DNA from: Malacoraja senta
Lineage: Eukaryota
Direction: 5' to 3'
DNA length: 64,000 bases
NCBI GenBank assembly: GCA_038087875.1
Contig: CM075990.1
Location: 5,830,001-5,894,000, forward strand
The position numbers were made by a program, and so were the translations under genes. The notes below the pieces were generated by a model that made no database searches, was not told where the DNA came from, and was given only the letters and a program-made list of their open reading frames with translations. This document shows positions 1 to 12,126 of the stretch, one piece after another. Positions within the stretch are counted from its first letter, which is position 1, and each line of letters opens with the position of its first letter.

Positions 1-429
1 TGTGGAGGAAATGGATAGGCAATGATTCAGATCGTAACCCTTCTTCAGACCCTCCTTAAGTCTAACGAAGTGTCCCAACCCAAAATATTGCTTGTGCATT
101 CCCCCCAGGGTGCTGCCTAACTTGCTGAGTTCCTTTGTGTTTTGTCTTTGAGCAAAGATTTGCAGTTGCTTGTGCCTGCATTTTCAGTTTGTTTGACAAA
201 CTGAAATTAGCAAGCTGAAACTCACCTGGTTCCTTTTTGAACTCACTAGTGCTCAGTTTTCCACTCCCTTCAAACTCACTAGGTTCACTGGAAAATTTAC
301 AATAGTTCTATTTTTTAAAAAAAAGGAAAAGTGCTTTGGGGGTGCATGAATAACATCCTATAGTATGGACACTCTGCTAGCCTGGCACCATCAACATTCT
401 GAAGGAGCTTGATTAGTTTAATTCCGAGA

Positions 430-700
430 TACATTGTAGAAAGGCGCCCTTTGGCCCACTGAGTCCGTGCCGACCAGTGATCACCCATACACTAGTTCTA
501 TCCTACACATGGGACAATTTACAGAAACCAATTAACCTACAAACTTGCACATCTTTGGAATGCGCTAGGAATCCGGAGCACTGGAGAAAACCCACGAAAT
601 CACAGGGAGAACGTACAAACTCTACAGACAGCAATGAGTCAGTATCGAACCAAGGTCTCTGACGCAGTAAGGCGGCAATTCTACCACTGTGCCGGTGCCG
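430..700 (-). mobile_element. tRNA-derived V-SINE (HE1-like)
   Basis: Reverse complement of the SINE family at 14834 and 44685 (V-domain gtttc…cattccaaagatgt, CR1-like 3' tail). Confidence 0.75.
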
Positions 701-1844
701 TCTTAACAATTTTAGTGCATATATAATTATGAACATATGATATGATAGAACTTAATTTATCCCAGGACGGAAATTAATCAATTACTTTGCTGAATTTCCT
801 CCATTTAAACAGTTTCAAGAGTATTTAATTAGCTTTAAAACATGTTGTTAATATTAGGGGTTATGAAAGGTAGTATGCCAAAGCAAGTTTTATTACTGTA
901 ACAAAATGTAAACAATGGGAAAATTGGTAAAGAGCAAACTAAAAAATATCTTAGTTCAATAACAGCAAAATGCACATGGAATGTCAATTGTTGTTCTTTT
1001 GAGATTTAGGAATGGCTTCTTCCCAGCACAAGTCTGAAATTGCTCACAGATGACAGAGTTGTATTGCCTTCTACATATAAGAAGCTGTTTATTTTTAAGT
1101 TCAAGGTTTTATTGGAAGGGAGATTGCACTCTGGAGCATTGAGGATGGTTAGACTTGGAAGTAAGTTCACAGCTGCAAAATACAATCTAAACAATCTGGT
1201 GAAAAACAATCACTACTACTTCAGGATGTATTGAAAATAAAGGAGATACAAAATGAGGGCCAAAAAATTAATGTTGCATAGCATTTTAAAATTTAATTCT
1301 AAACTTAGCCCTTCAGGTTAGAACGGGAGGTTGTCTTTAATATGTCACATCCCATCACAATGTGCCATATACTGTACCTGCCTACTTTGAACCTTAATAA
1401 CTATAATGTTAATTATATTTCAGTAAGCCCATTTGAAATGCCTAAATTTGCTTAGGTTCTCATTTTTTTGCATTAGCGCGTTCCACCACCACTAATTCAA
1501 AAGCGGAGCGATGGAATTCTGGCCCATTGGTTAAAAAGAAAAGCATTAGGGTTGTAAAAAGACTACATTGACACGCAAACATCAATCCAATTGTGGCACA
1601 TGCAAAGCTCAGGTGACCTAGCCAACGATGATTTTACAGAAATGCACAGTGCTTATTGACTCACTTGACTGAAATGATGTATGATATCCTGTCCTGACCC
1701 CTGCTGGCAGCTCAACGACAAAAAACTGACAAACCAACTGCTCACAATGTACATATTTGCAAAACTAAAGAATTCCACAGTTTGAGAGGCCATTTGGCTC
1801 ATCATGCCAGTGCCAGCTCTTTGAAAGAGCTAGATTAGTTGATA

Positions 1845-2330
1845 GTCATATACACCAGGATGCAATTAAATTTAATGTTCACATCAAGCTCACAGAGTAA
1901 ACATTATACATGCAGTAATGATAAATACAAGAAAAATACAAACATACAAACAGCAGAATGGTGCAAGATTGTAATGCAAAGTTTGAGTAATGCAAAAGAG
2001 TATTGAAGTACAATGATAACCAAATAAGGTAATGTTAAGAGTAAGAGTACGTGGCAGCATTTCTGGGAATGGGGTTTTGAAAGAGATGATTAGTTCAACT
2101 GTTGGATAGCAATGGGAGAAAAACTATTCTGAAGTATGGACGCCCAAGCTATCAAGTTCATATTTTCTCCAGAAGGGAGAATAGGAAATGGCCAAAGTGA
2201 CAGGCATCCTTGATAATACTTCCAGCCTTCCCAATGCAAAACACAGCAAAGAAGGACTGGATGGATAGAAATAGCAAATCATGACAGACTTGGCGGTGTT
2301 CACCACTCTCTGCAGGTTCATGCTCTGCAT
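1845..2330 (-). mobile_element. Old decayed Rex1-like LINE 3' fragment
   Basis: Reverse strand reads NLQRVVNTA..., then a ...atcaaggatgcc...ctcccttctggagaaaata pattern like other Rex1 3' ends. Confidence 0.45.
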
Positions 2331-3359
2331 TGTATGCTCAATGAAGCATTCACATATTATTTCTGCTTCAAATAAAGTCACAAACTAAACATATTCAATC
2401 AAGACATGATATATACCACAAAGTTATAATACAATATCGCAACTCTTTTTACACATTGCAATTAATGCAATTTCTATTATTTCTTTCAACTTCCAAACAA
2501 AATGTGGTTGCATTATTCAACATATGATCAACCTGTGTCAATAAATCCTGGACCATGGTAGCATATAGGCTTAACCATGCACACTACAGATTGATTCAAG
2601 CATGTTTTCTGTGAAGGACCGAAAATTATCATGACATGGCCATAGCATGGGTCGTTATTGCTATTGGTACAGAAACACTCTCGCTTCCCACATAATTTAT
2701 CCACAACAAAATATACAGGTTGCAAGGAAATTTCTAAAGGCATTTTATGACAATAGCTGTTAAAACCGATTATACCCATCTGACAGGTTAAACATTACAC
2801 TAACTGACAAGAGATGGCCAAAGGACATAACTGCAGCAAATGTTCTTTTGGTAATATGTTTAAAGGTGTCAAAACACCACATTACCGGACATTCAGATTA
2901 GATATATGTTTTGTGAACAGCAATGAAGATATTCAGTTTGTATGCACCAGATTTAAAAAAAATTATTGATAAACCCTGTTTCCATCATTCCCACCAGAAT
3001 TAACGTTAACATTTTAACTGAAATATCTCCTGACCAAATTTATGATGTATATGACCGACTGTAGAAGTAAAACCTGGATAAATCCAACGAAGAGTTGTGA
3101 ATGTTGCTCATTAAATAACCACAGTACAGATACTGCATATTAAGAGCATTGATTTGCCGTTAAAATGAAATCTGTAATAACGTGTTAACAGTAGCAGTGA
3201 CAATCGAACACTGCGTTTTTAATGTTTCACGTGTTCACAATTTAATTAATCCATCTTTATGGATTAAATCAAATAATTACATTGGGAATTAAAACACATT
3301 TGATTGCATTCCCGTTATCAAACATAGTCAATGTTCGCTTAGAAGACATTTCCAGCACA

Positions 3360-4445
3360 GTAGGGTCAGGGGGATGTGTGTGAATCAGTGCGGGATGGAT
3401 AGATGGCGGGGGGGGGGGGGGGGGGGGGGCGGGGGGGGTTGAGAAGGCAATCGGTGCGGAATGGATGGATTGAGGCAGGGGAATTAGTATGTGTTGGTTG
3501 GAGTAGGTAAATTGTGAGGGGAGAGCGCGGGGGATGTCAGTGGGGTTGAATGGGGGGATCAGTACGGGATGGACGGAGGGGGATCTGTGCAGGATGGATG
3601 GGGGCGGGGGGGTCAGTACAGGATGAATGGGTGTAGACAAAAATGCTGGAGAAACTCGGCGGGTGAGGCAGCATCTATGGAGCGAAGGAAATAGGCAACG
3701 TTTCGGGTCGAGACCCTTCTTGAATGGGAGGATCAGTACAGGATGGATGGGGGGTTCAGTAAAAGATGAATGGGCGGATCAGTAAAAGATGAATGGGGAG
3801 ATCAATACAGGATGGATGGGGGGATCGATGCAGAATAAATAGGGGGGGTCAGTACAGGATGGATCGGGAGATCAGTGCAGGATGAATGAGGGGATCAGTA
3901 CAGGATGAATGAGGGGAATCAGTAAAAGATGAATGGGGAGTTTACTACAGGATGGATGGGGGATTGGTGTAGGATAAATGCAGGGGCGGTCAGTATGAGA
4001 TGAATGGGAGGATCAGTACAGCATGGATGGGGGGAGCAATACAGGATGAATGTGATGATCAGTACAGGATGGATGGGGGGTGCAGTGCAGGATGAATGGG
4101 GGGGTCAGTACAGGATGGATGGGAGCAGTACAGGATGGATGGGGGAGCAGTGCAGGATAGATGGGAAGGGGGGTCAGTATAGGATGAATTGGTGGACCAG
4201 TGTAGGATGGATGAGGGGTGGCAGGAGAATCAATGCGAGGTGGATAAGGAGATCAGTGCAGGATCAATAGATGGGGGGGGGGTAGATGGGGAGGGGAGCA
4301 CGGGGGATGTCAGTGAGGATTGAATAGAGGCGGGAATGGGGATCAGTGTGGGATGGAGAGGATGGGTCCCAAGATAAGGGGGGTGGAGGGGGGGTACAAG
4401 AGAGAGAGGGGGGCGTGGGAGGTGGGGAGGAAGGAAGGTCAGTGC
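3360..4445 (+). repeat. G-rich minisatellite, ~21-23 bp unit TCAGTACAGGATG(G/A)ATGGGGGGA, with a long poly-G run at ~3407-3438
   Basis: Dozens of degenerate tandem copies visible directly. Confidence 0.9.
3632..3720 (-). mobile_element. Penelope-derived short element inserted in the minisatellite
   Basis: Same family sequence; flanked by TGAATGGG at 3624-3631 and 3721-3728. Confidence 0.8.
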
Positions 4446-7400
4446 CCCTCGGTCAACACCGCCATTATCGCCCCGCTGCCTTGGCCATCCCTGTCCACCG
4501 CCAAGTGCCGCCACCAAAGGGGGAGGCAGTTGAGATCTCGCCACCGCTTCCCCTCCTTCACCAGCCAACAGGAAGGTGCGGGGCCGAGCGGTGCAGGTGC
4601 TTCAGACAGCGAAAGGGGGCCTCTCCCTTCCTCCCTCCCTCCCTCCCTCCTCCCATCCTCGCCGTGCGGGAGGGTTTGTTTTGAAAGCGGTTATCGCCGT
4701 TGGCGGAGTGGCTAGCAGCGGCCGCTATCAGGGCGGGCGGGGTGCGGGAGGAGGTGTTGTCGCTGCTGCTGCGCGGGGCCCGTCATTCGCTCCGACCCTC
4801 CATCACCCCGCACCTAGTATCTTTGCCCCGCACTACAGCCGCCGTCGCCGCTGACACAAAATGTCACGTTCCTTTTCTCCAGAGATGCTGCCTGACCTGC
4901 TGAGTTACTCCAGTTTTTTGTGTCTATCTTCGGTATAAACCAGTATCTGCAGTGCCCAGCCGGGCAAAATGACTCGGCATTTAGGTTGCCCGGCGGCACT
5001 TTAGGTGGCCATTGGCACCCGGGCAACCGTTAATTTCGAGTCCTGTTTTGGCTTGAATATCAAGTCTGAATTTCTTGCTGGCCAATGAAGTGCTTCGAAG
5101 TAACAGTTACAGGAAACAAGGAAATCATTACAAATCTGTGCATACATTTTTTTCATCATTTTCCTTGTTGTGGACTCGCTTCCATATGTTTATTGCAATA
5201 AATAATTGTGAGCGTTGAAAAATCAAATTGAATAAGACATCATGGAACAGCAATTGCTGCAAAGATAAATTTTGAGTCATTTAAATGAAATTACTCACTA
5301 TTATTTGAGCTACGACTTCTTCGAAATTTTGGTGGCTATGGAACCTTGTATCTTCTAGTTATTTGTATCCGTGTGAAATAAAATTTAGAAAATAAAAAAA
5401 GCATGCATGAAAAGAAGGAATTAAGGCAAAGGCAAAGTAAGAATAAAACAAAAACGAAAAAGTAGAGATCTTTGTAATTTAGTTGCTTGGTTTATGGTGC
5501 ACTAACTGGAGAGTTTAATGGCAGGATTCAAATGTGAAACGTATATTTATATTTATTGTTCAAAAACAAAATGGCCACTTGTCTAATGATTAGGAAAGGT
5601 GGACCACCCAGTTTGTGTCATAGAACAGCTGGACAATGAATTATTTTCTTGAACCTTTTCTGCTAATGGTACTGTTAAGAAGGGGGTTTCGGTCCAAAAA
5701 CTATGAAGCAATATACTTTAAAATTCAGCATTGTGTGACTTGGAATGAAATAGCAGATGATACTGTTCCCATGTGCCTGCTTCGTGTGTTTTTCTAGATG
5801 GTAAAGCTTGTGGTCCTGTCAAAAAGGCCATGGCAATTGGCTGCTGTGCAGGAGTAGAAGAGGGAATCAGTATTTAAGTTGTTGATCAAGCAGACTTTGT
5901 ATTGGTCTGGATGATATTTAGTTCCTTGAATGTTGTTAGAACTTCTGATCCTAATTTCTAATTCCCTGATCCCGACTAGTTCATTTTTACCTTAGGCATG
6001 CAATCCCCCTAATACATCCAGTCCAGGTCAGGAGGATGTTTGTCTTTTTGGACTACCTTTTTTACTTGTCCATGGTTTGATTGTTCTCATGGTTTGTGTG
6101 ATTTGCCTGGATTGCACACAAAGCAAAGTTTTTCAATGTATTCTAGTACACATGACAATAATAAACCAATACCAAGCATTGGTTCAGTATGTTTAAGAGT
6201 CTGCAACAAGAAGTATTTCAAATGCTAATAACTTGCATTATTGCAGTGATAGAAAGGATTGAAAACAATAGATAGAACTGGAATTAGACAAAAAGTTGGA
6301 GTAACTCAGCGGGTCAGACAGCATCACTGAAGAAAGGGAATATGTGACATTTCGGGTCGAGAATGGTCTCTGAGAATTAAAGCAAAGTCTTAAAAACCCA
6401 ATTAATTTCCTGCTGTATCTAAGGTTCTGGTCATTTTTACATCAATTTTGAACAAGTATAATGTGTAGAACTTTGCTTTTGGTTTATGACTATTCTTTGG
6501 AACTATTATCAAGGAAATCTATGACCAGGTGCCCAACCAGGCACTTGGGGCAAAAACCAGGTGGCACACCTGCTAACAATGAAAGCCTTGTCATAGATGT
6601 CAAATTTTTAATGAAAAATTATACCAAACCACACTTTCTTTTGGATGGACACAAGATATTCCTTTGTACTGTATCAAGTAGTGAGTTTTCATCCTAGTGT
6701 TATCCCTCAAGCAACATTTATTATGCATCTGGGCATTATCACTTTTTTTCCGGGATCTCGCTGTCCAAATGACAAATGTGTTTTCCAATTTGTAACAGAT
6801 GCTAGTTTGCAGAGATCCATTAAGATGATAGATGAATGTAACAAGATCTAGTAGTACAAGTGTACCTTATTTAAGTGACTCGTGGAGTATTTGCTTGATC
6901 TTTTACACCAGTAAATTACTATCACTTCATGTATTTCTGTGGGTGTATCGGCACTGTTATATGCACTATTGAGCAGTGAAGATCCACTCTGCTTAGATGG
7001 AGGGAAAAGTTTAGAGAAAAATGGAAGTTAATGGATTTTGTTTTTGTGCATCTGAGAAGCGGCAATTTGGGAGAATACAATACAGTAACCCAGAAACGTT
7101 CCTATTCACATGCAAAGTGAGGTAAATTAGTATTCCTGCTGTCTTGATTTGTTTCAAATAGTTAAAGTTTGCACATCTTTATCATTTATTGGGAACTGTT
7201 GCCAGCACAACAGGCTTCCTCGGGGACTGTTCACACAGAGCACAATAGTTTCAAGATCACCACGTGCATTCCTTTTGTTATAAATGAAAATAATTTGAGT
7301 TGAATGATTCCCATATAATGGAAGGGTCTTGACCCTGCACCGCTACATTCAACTTCCTGCCATATTATTAAAAGTGGTGTCTGAAGCAGACAACTGAGAG

Positions 7401-8245
7401 TACCAGAACCCCACGATCCTGGCTCTGAAAGTGAAGAAGGATGACCGATCTGAAAACTGCTGCCAAGGTATAGTTCCTGACTATTTTCTAAACAAGCTAG
7501 TGGCCAAATATATTTGCCACGAAGCAATTCCTTGCATTTTTTTTAAACTAATGCTGTTTGCATACCTAAATAACCAACATCAGCTTTTCAGATTGATGGA
7601 TGATAGTTACAGTGCTTCTATTACAACATTTATGATAAATTGAATCATATCAGCAGTTTAAACAGTTGGCATTGGTATAAATCTAATGAACAGCAGCCCC
7701 AATCCCAAGTGCCACTCAACTCTAATGTCTCTTTATGCTTTAGCCTTATTCCCTTACGTGAACATTATAATTTCTGGGGAAAAGTAGTTTAATTGATGTC
7801 TTTAAATTTGTCCACCAACTTGTATATAGTTTAAAAAAAGACATTGTTGCCTGAGTAATCAACTGTTGATCCTTTAAAACAGATCTAGAACTACTGTTAA
7901 TCAAATGATTTGTAGAGTTGTCAATATCTTAACTGCATCTGCATTGTGTAAATAACACTTTACGGTGGCACTTATTTTTATTTTGTACCAATAACTGAAA
8001 ATTAAGAAATCCTGCTGCTGGATTCCTAATTCTTTCCCTTCCTAACCACTTACATTTAATGTCCAAAGAGGGAACAGAGTATATTGTTTAGTATTTGCCA
8101 ATTGCCTTTTCTCCATACAACAAATAAAATCTGACTGATTCAATTGGTATACGTTGCCCATATTGGGTTGGGTTTGGTGATTAGCAGTGAAATATCTTTA
8201 AAACATTTGCTTTGGTCTTTGTCGGAACTACTATGTCATTTTATA

Positions 8246-8686
8246 GGTAGCCAAAAATGCTGGAGAAACTCAGTGGGTGAGGCAGCATCTATGGAGCGAA
8301 GGAAATAGGCAACGTTTCGGGTCAAAACCCTTCTTCAGAATTTTATAATTTTATAATTGTCTTTCTCCTTAAATTTATAATATGGATACAGCTCATTTAA
8401 ATTGCCCCCAAGTTTCATTTGTTCCCAAGTCCAGTCCGAAGAAGGGCCCCTACCGAAAATGCTGCCTATCCATGTTCTCCAGAGATGCTGCCTAACTCAC
8501 CGAGTTACTTCAAGACTTTGTGTCCTTCCAAGTTAAGTAAATTTACCTGCATAATTAATGTATTCCAATACTGGAAATATCCTTGTAAGTTCAATGGCAA
8601 AAAAGCTGGAGAAACTCAGCGGCTGAGGCAGCATCTATGGAGTGAAGGAATAGGCAACGTTTCAGGTCGAGACCCTTCTTCAGAAT
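8246..8686. mobile_element. Cluster of three Penelope-derived short elements (8246-8339 minus, 8432-8525 plus, 8597-8686 minus)
   Basis: Same aatgctggagaaactcagcgg…gaaataggcaacgtttcgggtc…ccttcttcaga sequence as the PLE terminus at 48827; TSD GTTCAATGG around the third copy. Confidence 0.8.
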
Positions 8687-9143
8687 GGTTCAATGGTTCT
8701 TTATCTCATCATACTCCATTAGCAGATTAATTTTTATCAGTTTTATTCTACTGGCTTATTTAATATTTAATATAATTCTTGAGTGACCTCCCTGAACCTG
8801 CATTCTTTGGCTTAAGGCAAGGGTCCCATATGCCTTATTATCCACTTTATTTATGTCTTACTACCTTCATGAACAGTGGAAAGACCTCTCTGTCTCTACA
8901 CTATTTTATATCTTATAAAAACATTATTATGTATTCTGCCACTCTTTATCTTTCTCAAATGCACACATATCTGCGCTGGCTTTTGTTCTTGCCTTATCCA
9001 CAACCTTTTTTAAAATCATTTCTATTTGACCTATCGTCCTGTAACATTCTTCCTCGTTGTCAATTAACTTTGTGAAGGACCTTGCTAAAATTGCATCAGA
9101 TCAACTGGTTTGCAGTTAATTTCACGCATCCTCAAAGAACAGG

Positions 9144-9673
9144 TACAGTAAACCCTCGTTTTTATAACCTCTTTATAACGGATTTCAGTTATAGAGGACG
9201 GACTTTCATCGCCAGGCCGAGCTGCCGACGCCACCTGCACTACCTCCTCGGCCGCTGCCAGGCCACCCCTACCGACACCACTGATCCTTACCTGCACTCC
9301 AGCTGCCCATGGACTGTAACCAATGCCTCACGATCCTTGCCTCAACTCACCTGTGTTCCAGGCCCAGTTCCAGACCGAGATTCTGAAGATGGGTCCCAAC
9401 CCAAAACATCACTTATCCATGTTCTCCAGAAATGCTGCCTGACCTGCTGAGTTACCACAGCACTCTGTGTTCTTTTGTGTATTGACTATCATATGCAGTT
9501 CTTTTCTCCAGAGATGCTGCCTGACACGCTGAATTATTCCAGCATTTTGTGTCTATGCAGTTCTTTGTTTCCACTACTTGTAATCCCTCAGTTACAGTGG
9601 ACAATAGGCAATAATGGACACCCTTCCCATCTCATCCCCCCACCCCCGCGTGGTCCATTATGATGAGGGTTTA
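9144..9673. mobile_element. Possible pogo/Tigger-like MITE remnant interrupted by Penelope-derived elements
   Basis: TA-CAGTAAACCCTCG at the left end and the imperfect inverted ...GAGGGTTTA at ~9664-9672. Confidence 0.4.
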
Positions 9674-10970
9674 GCCCCCTTTCCACATGCCTGTAGCGAA
9701 AAGAGACTGGAAAATAGTCAAATCATCTATTTCTCCCTTTAATAATAGGTCACCAACCTAAAACGCACCCTCTTTTTCTCTCTGTTGATGTATGAATTCT
9801 GTACATATGTTTCATTACTGTCTGTGGTATAATTTGCTCCAAGCAAATTGACGGACAATACAACTAAATAACACCATTGACAAAAGGAATTATAAGTATG
9901 TGAACTAGCTCTTTATAATGCCACTTGTGTACACCTATTTATAAAATAGTCTATCTTTGCAATGTGTCCTGTAATTTATGGACGGCTCCTTGTATTATAC
10001 CGAAAAAGCCTATGTACAGAGATATATGACTGTTCCTGTATAAATAACAAGTTGACTGCAATTGAGACTAATGGCATGTTTCTATGTAAGGGGAGCAAGA
10101 TGATCACATGGGGTTGAGATGATGGATGGGGAAGCTTTTTTCTGGTTTATAAATGCAGTCTAGAAAAGGGCCAATTAGTTTGTCTATATGCTATAGACTC
10201 AATGTAACCTGGTGCAAAGCATCTATTAGAAATAAAAAGGGAGCATAAAAAGTTATCTACTTTTACATTCGTAGACCGAACATAAATAATCTCCACTGGT
10301 CATTTAAAATTGGCGCTTTATTCTTGAACTGTACAGCCTTCCTGGTCTTTTGGCAAGAAATATATGGCATCATGTATCACAGCATGCGGGAAGAAAAATT
10401 TACTCCCAGCTGGGACTTGGGTCTATAATTTTTTTTTATTGTATTAACTAAAATACTATCAAAAGCAGAAGTTTATACAAGAAAAACAGAACATTTTGTC
10501 TTCTTGTCCTGTGACCTGCTCAACTAAAAGCAGAAAACTCAAATCACATGTAGCGAATTTAAAAAAAATGTTTTTCAAGATGTAAAAATGTTACCAAGCA
10601 ACTGAATCATCCTACCACAACCAGAGAGCAGTGGTAAACTACTATCTACCTGCTTGGTGACCCTCAGACTTTCCTTGATCAGACTTTGCTGGCGTTACCT
10701 TGCACTGAACGTTATTCTCTGTACACTGTAAATGGATCAATTGTAACCATGTACAGTGCATTCAGAAGGTTTTCAGACCCCTTCACTTTTTCCACATTTT
10801 GTTACGTTACAGCCTTATTCTAAAATGGATTAAATTCATTTTTTTTATCACCAATCCACACACAATACCCCATAATAAAAAAGCAAAAACAGATGTTTAG
10901 ATATTTTTGCAAAGTAACTAAAAATAAATAAGTGAAATATCACATTTACATAAGTATTCAGACGCTTTAC

Positions 10971-12126
10971 TCAATACTTTGTTGAGGCACCTTTGGCAGC
11001 GATTACAGACTCAAGTCTTCTTGGGTATGATGCTACAAGCTTGGCACACCTGTATTTGGGTAATTTCTCCCATTCTTCTCTGCAGATTGTCAGGTTGGAA
11101 GGGGAGCGTCGATGCACAGCAATTTTCTGGTCCCTCCAGAGATGTTCGACCGGGTTCAAGTCCGTGCTCTGGCTGGGTCACTCAAGGACATTCACTGACT
11201 TGTTACGAAGCCACCCCTGCGTTGTCTTGGCTTTGTGGTGAGGGTCATTGTCCTGTTGGAAGGTGAACTTCCGCCCCAGTCTGAGGTCCAGAACGCTCTG
11301 GAGGGGGTGGAAGATTGCAACCTTCATGTGGTCCGCCCTGTTTCGACGAATGCAATCAACCCGGCGTGCACAATCAAATAAGATCTAATAGAACAAGTTG
11401 CCTACAACTTTAGGCTGTGCACACCATATGCAAGAAGAAGAAGAACGCTCTGGAGCAGATTTTCATCAAGGATCTCTGTACTTTGCTCCGTTCATCTTTC
11501 CCTCGATCCTGACTAGTCTCCCATTTCCTGCCGCTGAAAAATATCCCCACAGCATGATGCTGCCACCACCATACTTTACTGTAGGTATGGTATTGGCCAG
11601 GTGATGAGCGGTGCCTGGTTTCTTCCAGACGTGACGCTTGGCATTCAGGCCAAAGAGTTCAATCTTGGTTTCACCAGACCAGAGAATCTTGTTTCTCATG
11701 GTCTGAGAGTCCTTTAGGTGCCTTTTGGCAAACTCCACAGGGCTGTCATGTGTCTTTTACTGAGAAGTGGCTTCCGTCTGGCCACTCTACCATAAAGGCT
11801 TGATTGGTGGAGTACTGCAGATATAGTTGTCCTTCTGAAAGCTTTTCCCATCTCCACAAAGGCACTCTGGAGCTCTGTCAGAGTGACCATCAGTTTCTTG
11901 GTCACCTCCCTGACCAAGGCCCTTTTCCCCTGATTGCTCAGTTTGGCCAGGCGGCCAGCTCTGTGAAGAGTCCTGGTGGTTCCAAAGTTCTTCCATTTAA
12001 GAATGACGGAAGCCACTGTGCTCTTCGGGACCTGCAATGCTGCAGAAATTGTTTTATACCCTTCCCCAGATCTGTGTCTTGACACAATCCTGTCTCGGAG
12101 GTCTACGGACATTCCTTCTTCTTCAT
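10971..12126 (-). pseudogene. Tc1 transposase pseudogene
   Basis: Frameshifts, first catalytic D changed to G (WSGETK), in-frame TGA in LE*PSQS, 138 bp insertion; 34 residues between the second D and the E. Confidence 0.92.
11304..11441 (+). mobile_element. Short 5'-truncated retroposon with (AAG)n tail inserted in the Tc1 element (RTE-like tail, tentative)
   Basis: 14 bp TSD AGAACGCTCTGGAG at 11290-11303 and 11442-11455; ends in CAAGAAGAAGA. Confidence 0.8.

Noticed and set aside
3720..4300. Regularly spaced repeats superficially like a CRISPR array
   Set aside because: Units are contiguous degenerate tandem repeats without unique spacers, there are no cas genes, and the context is a vertebrate intron.
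3269..4903. Pro-rich and Gly-rich ORFs on both strands
   Set aside because: Translation artefacts of the G-rich minisatellite and GC-rich tract; no domain or splice structure.
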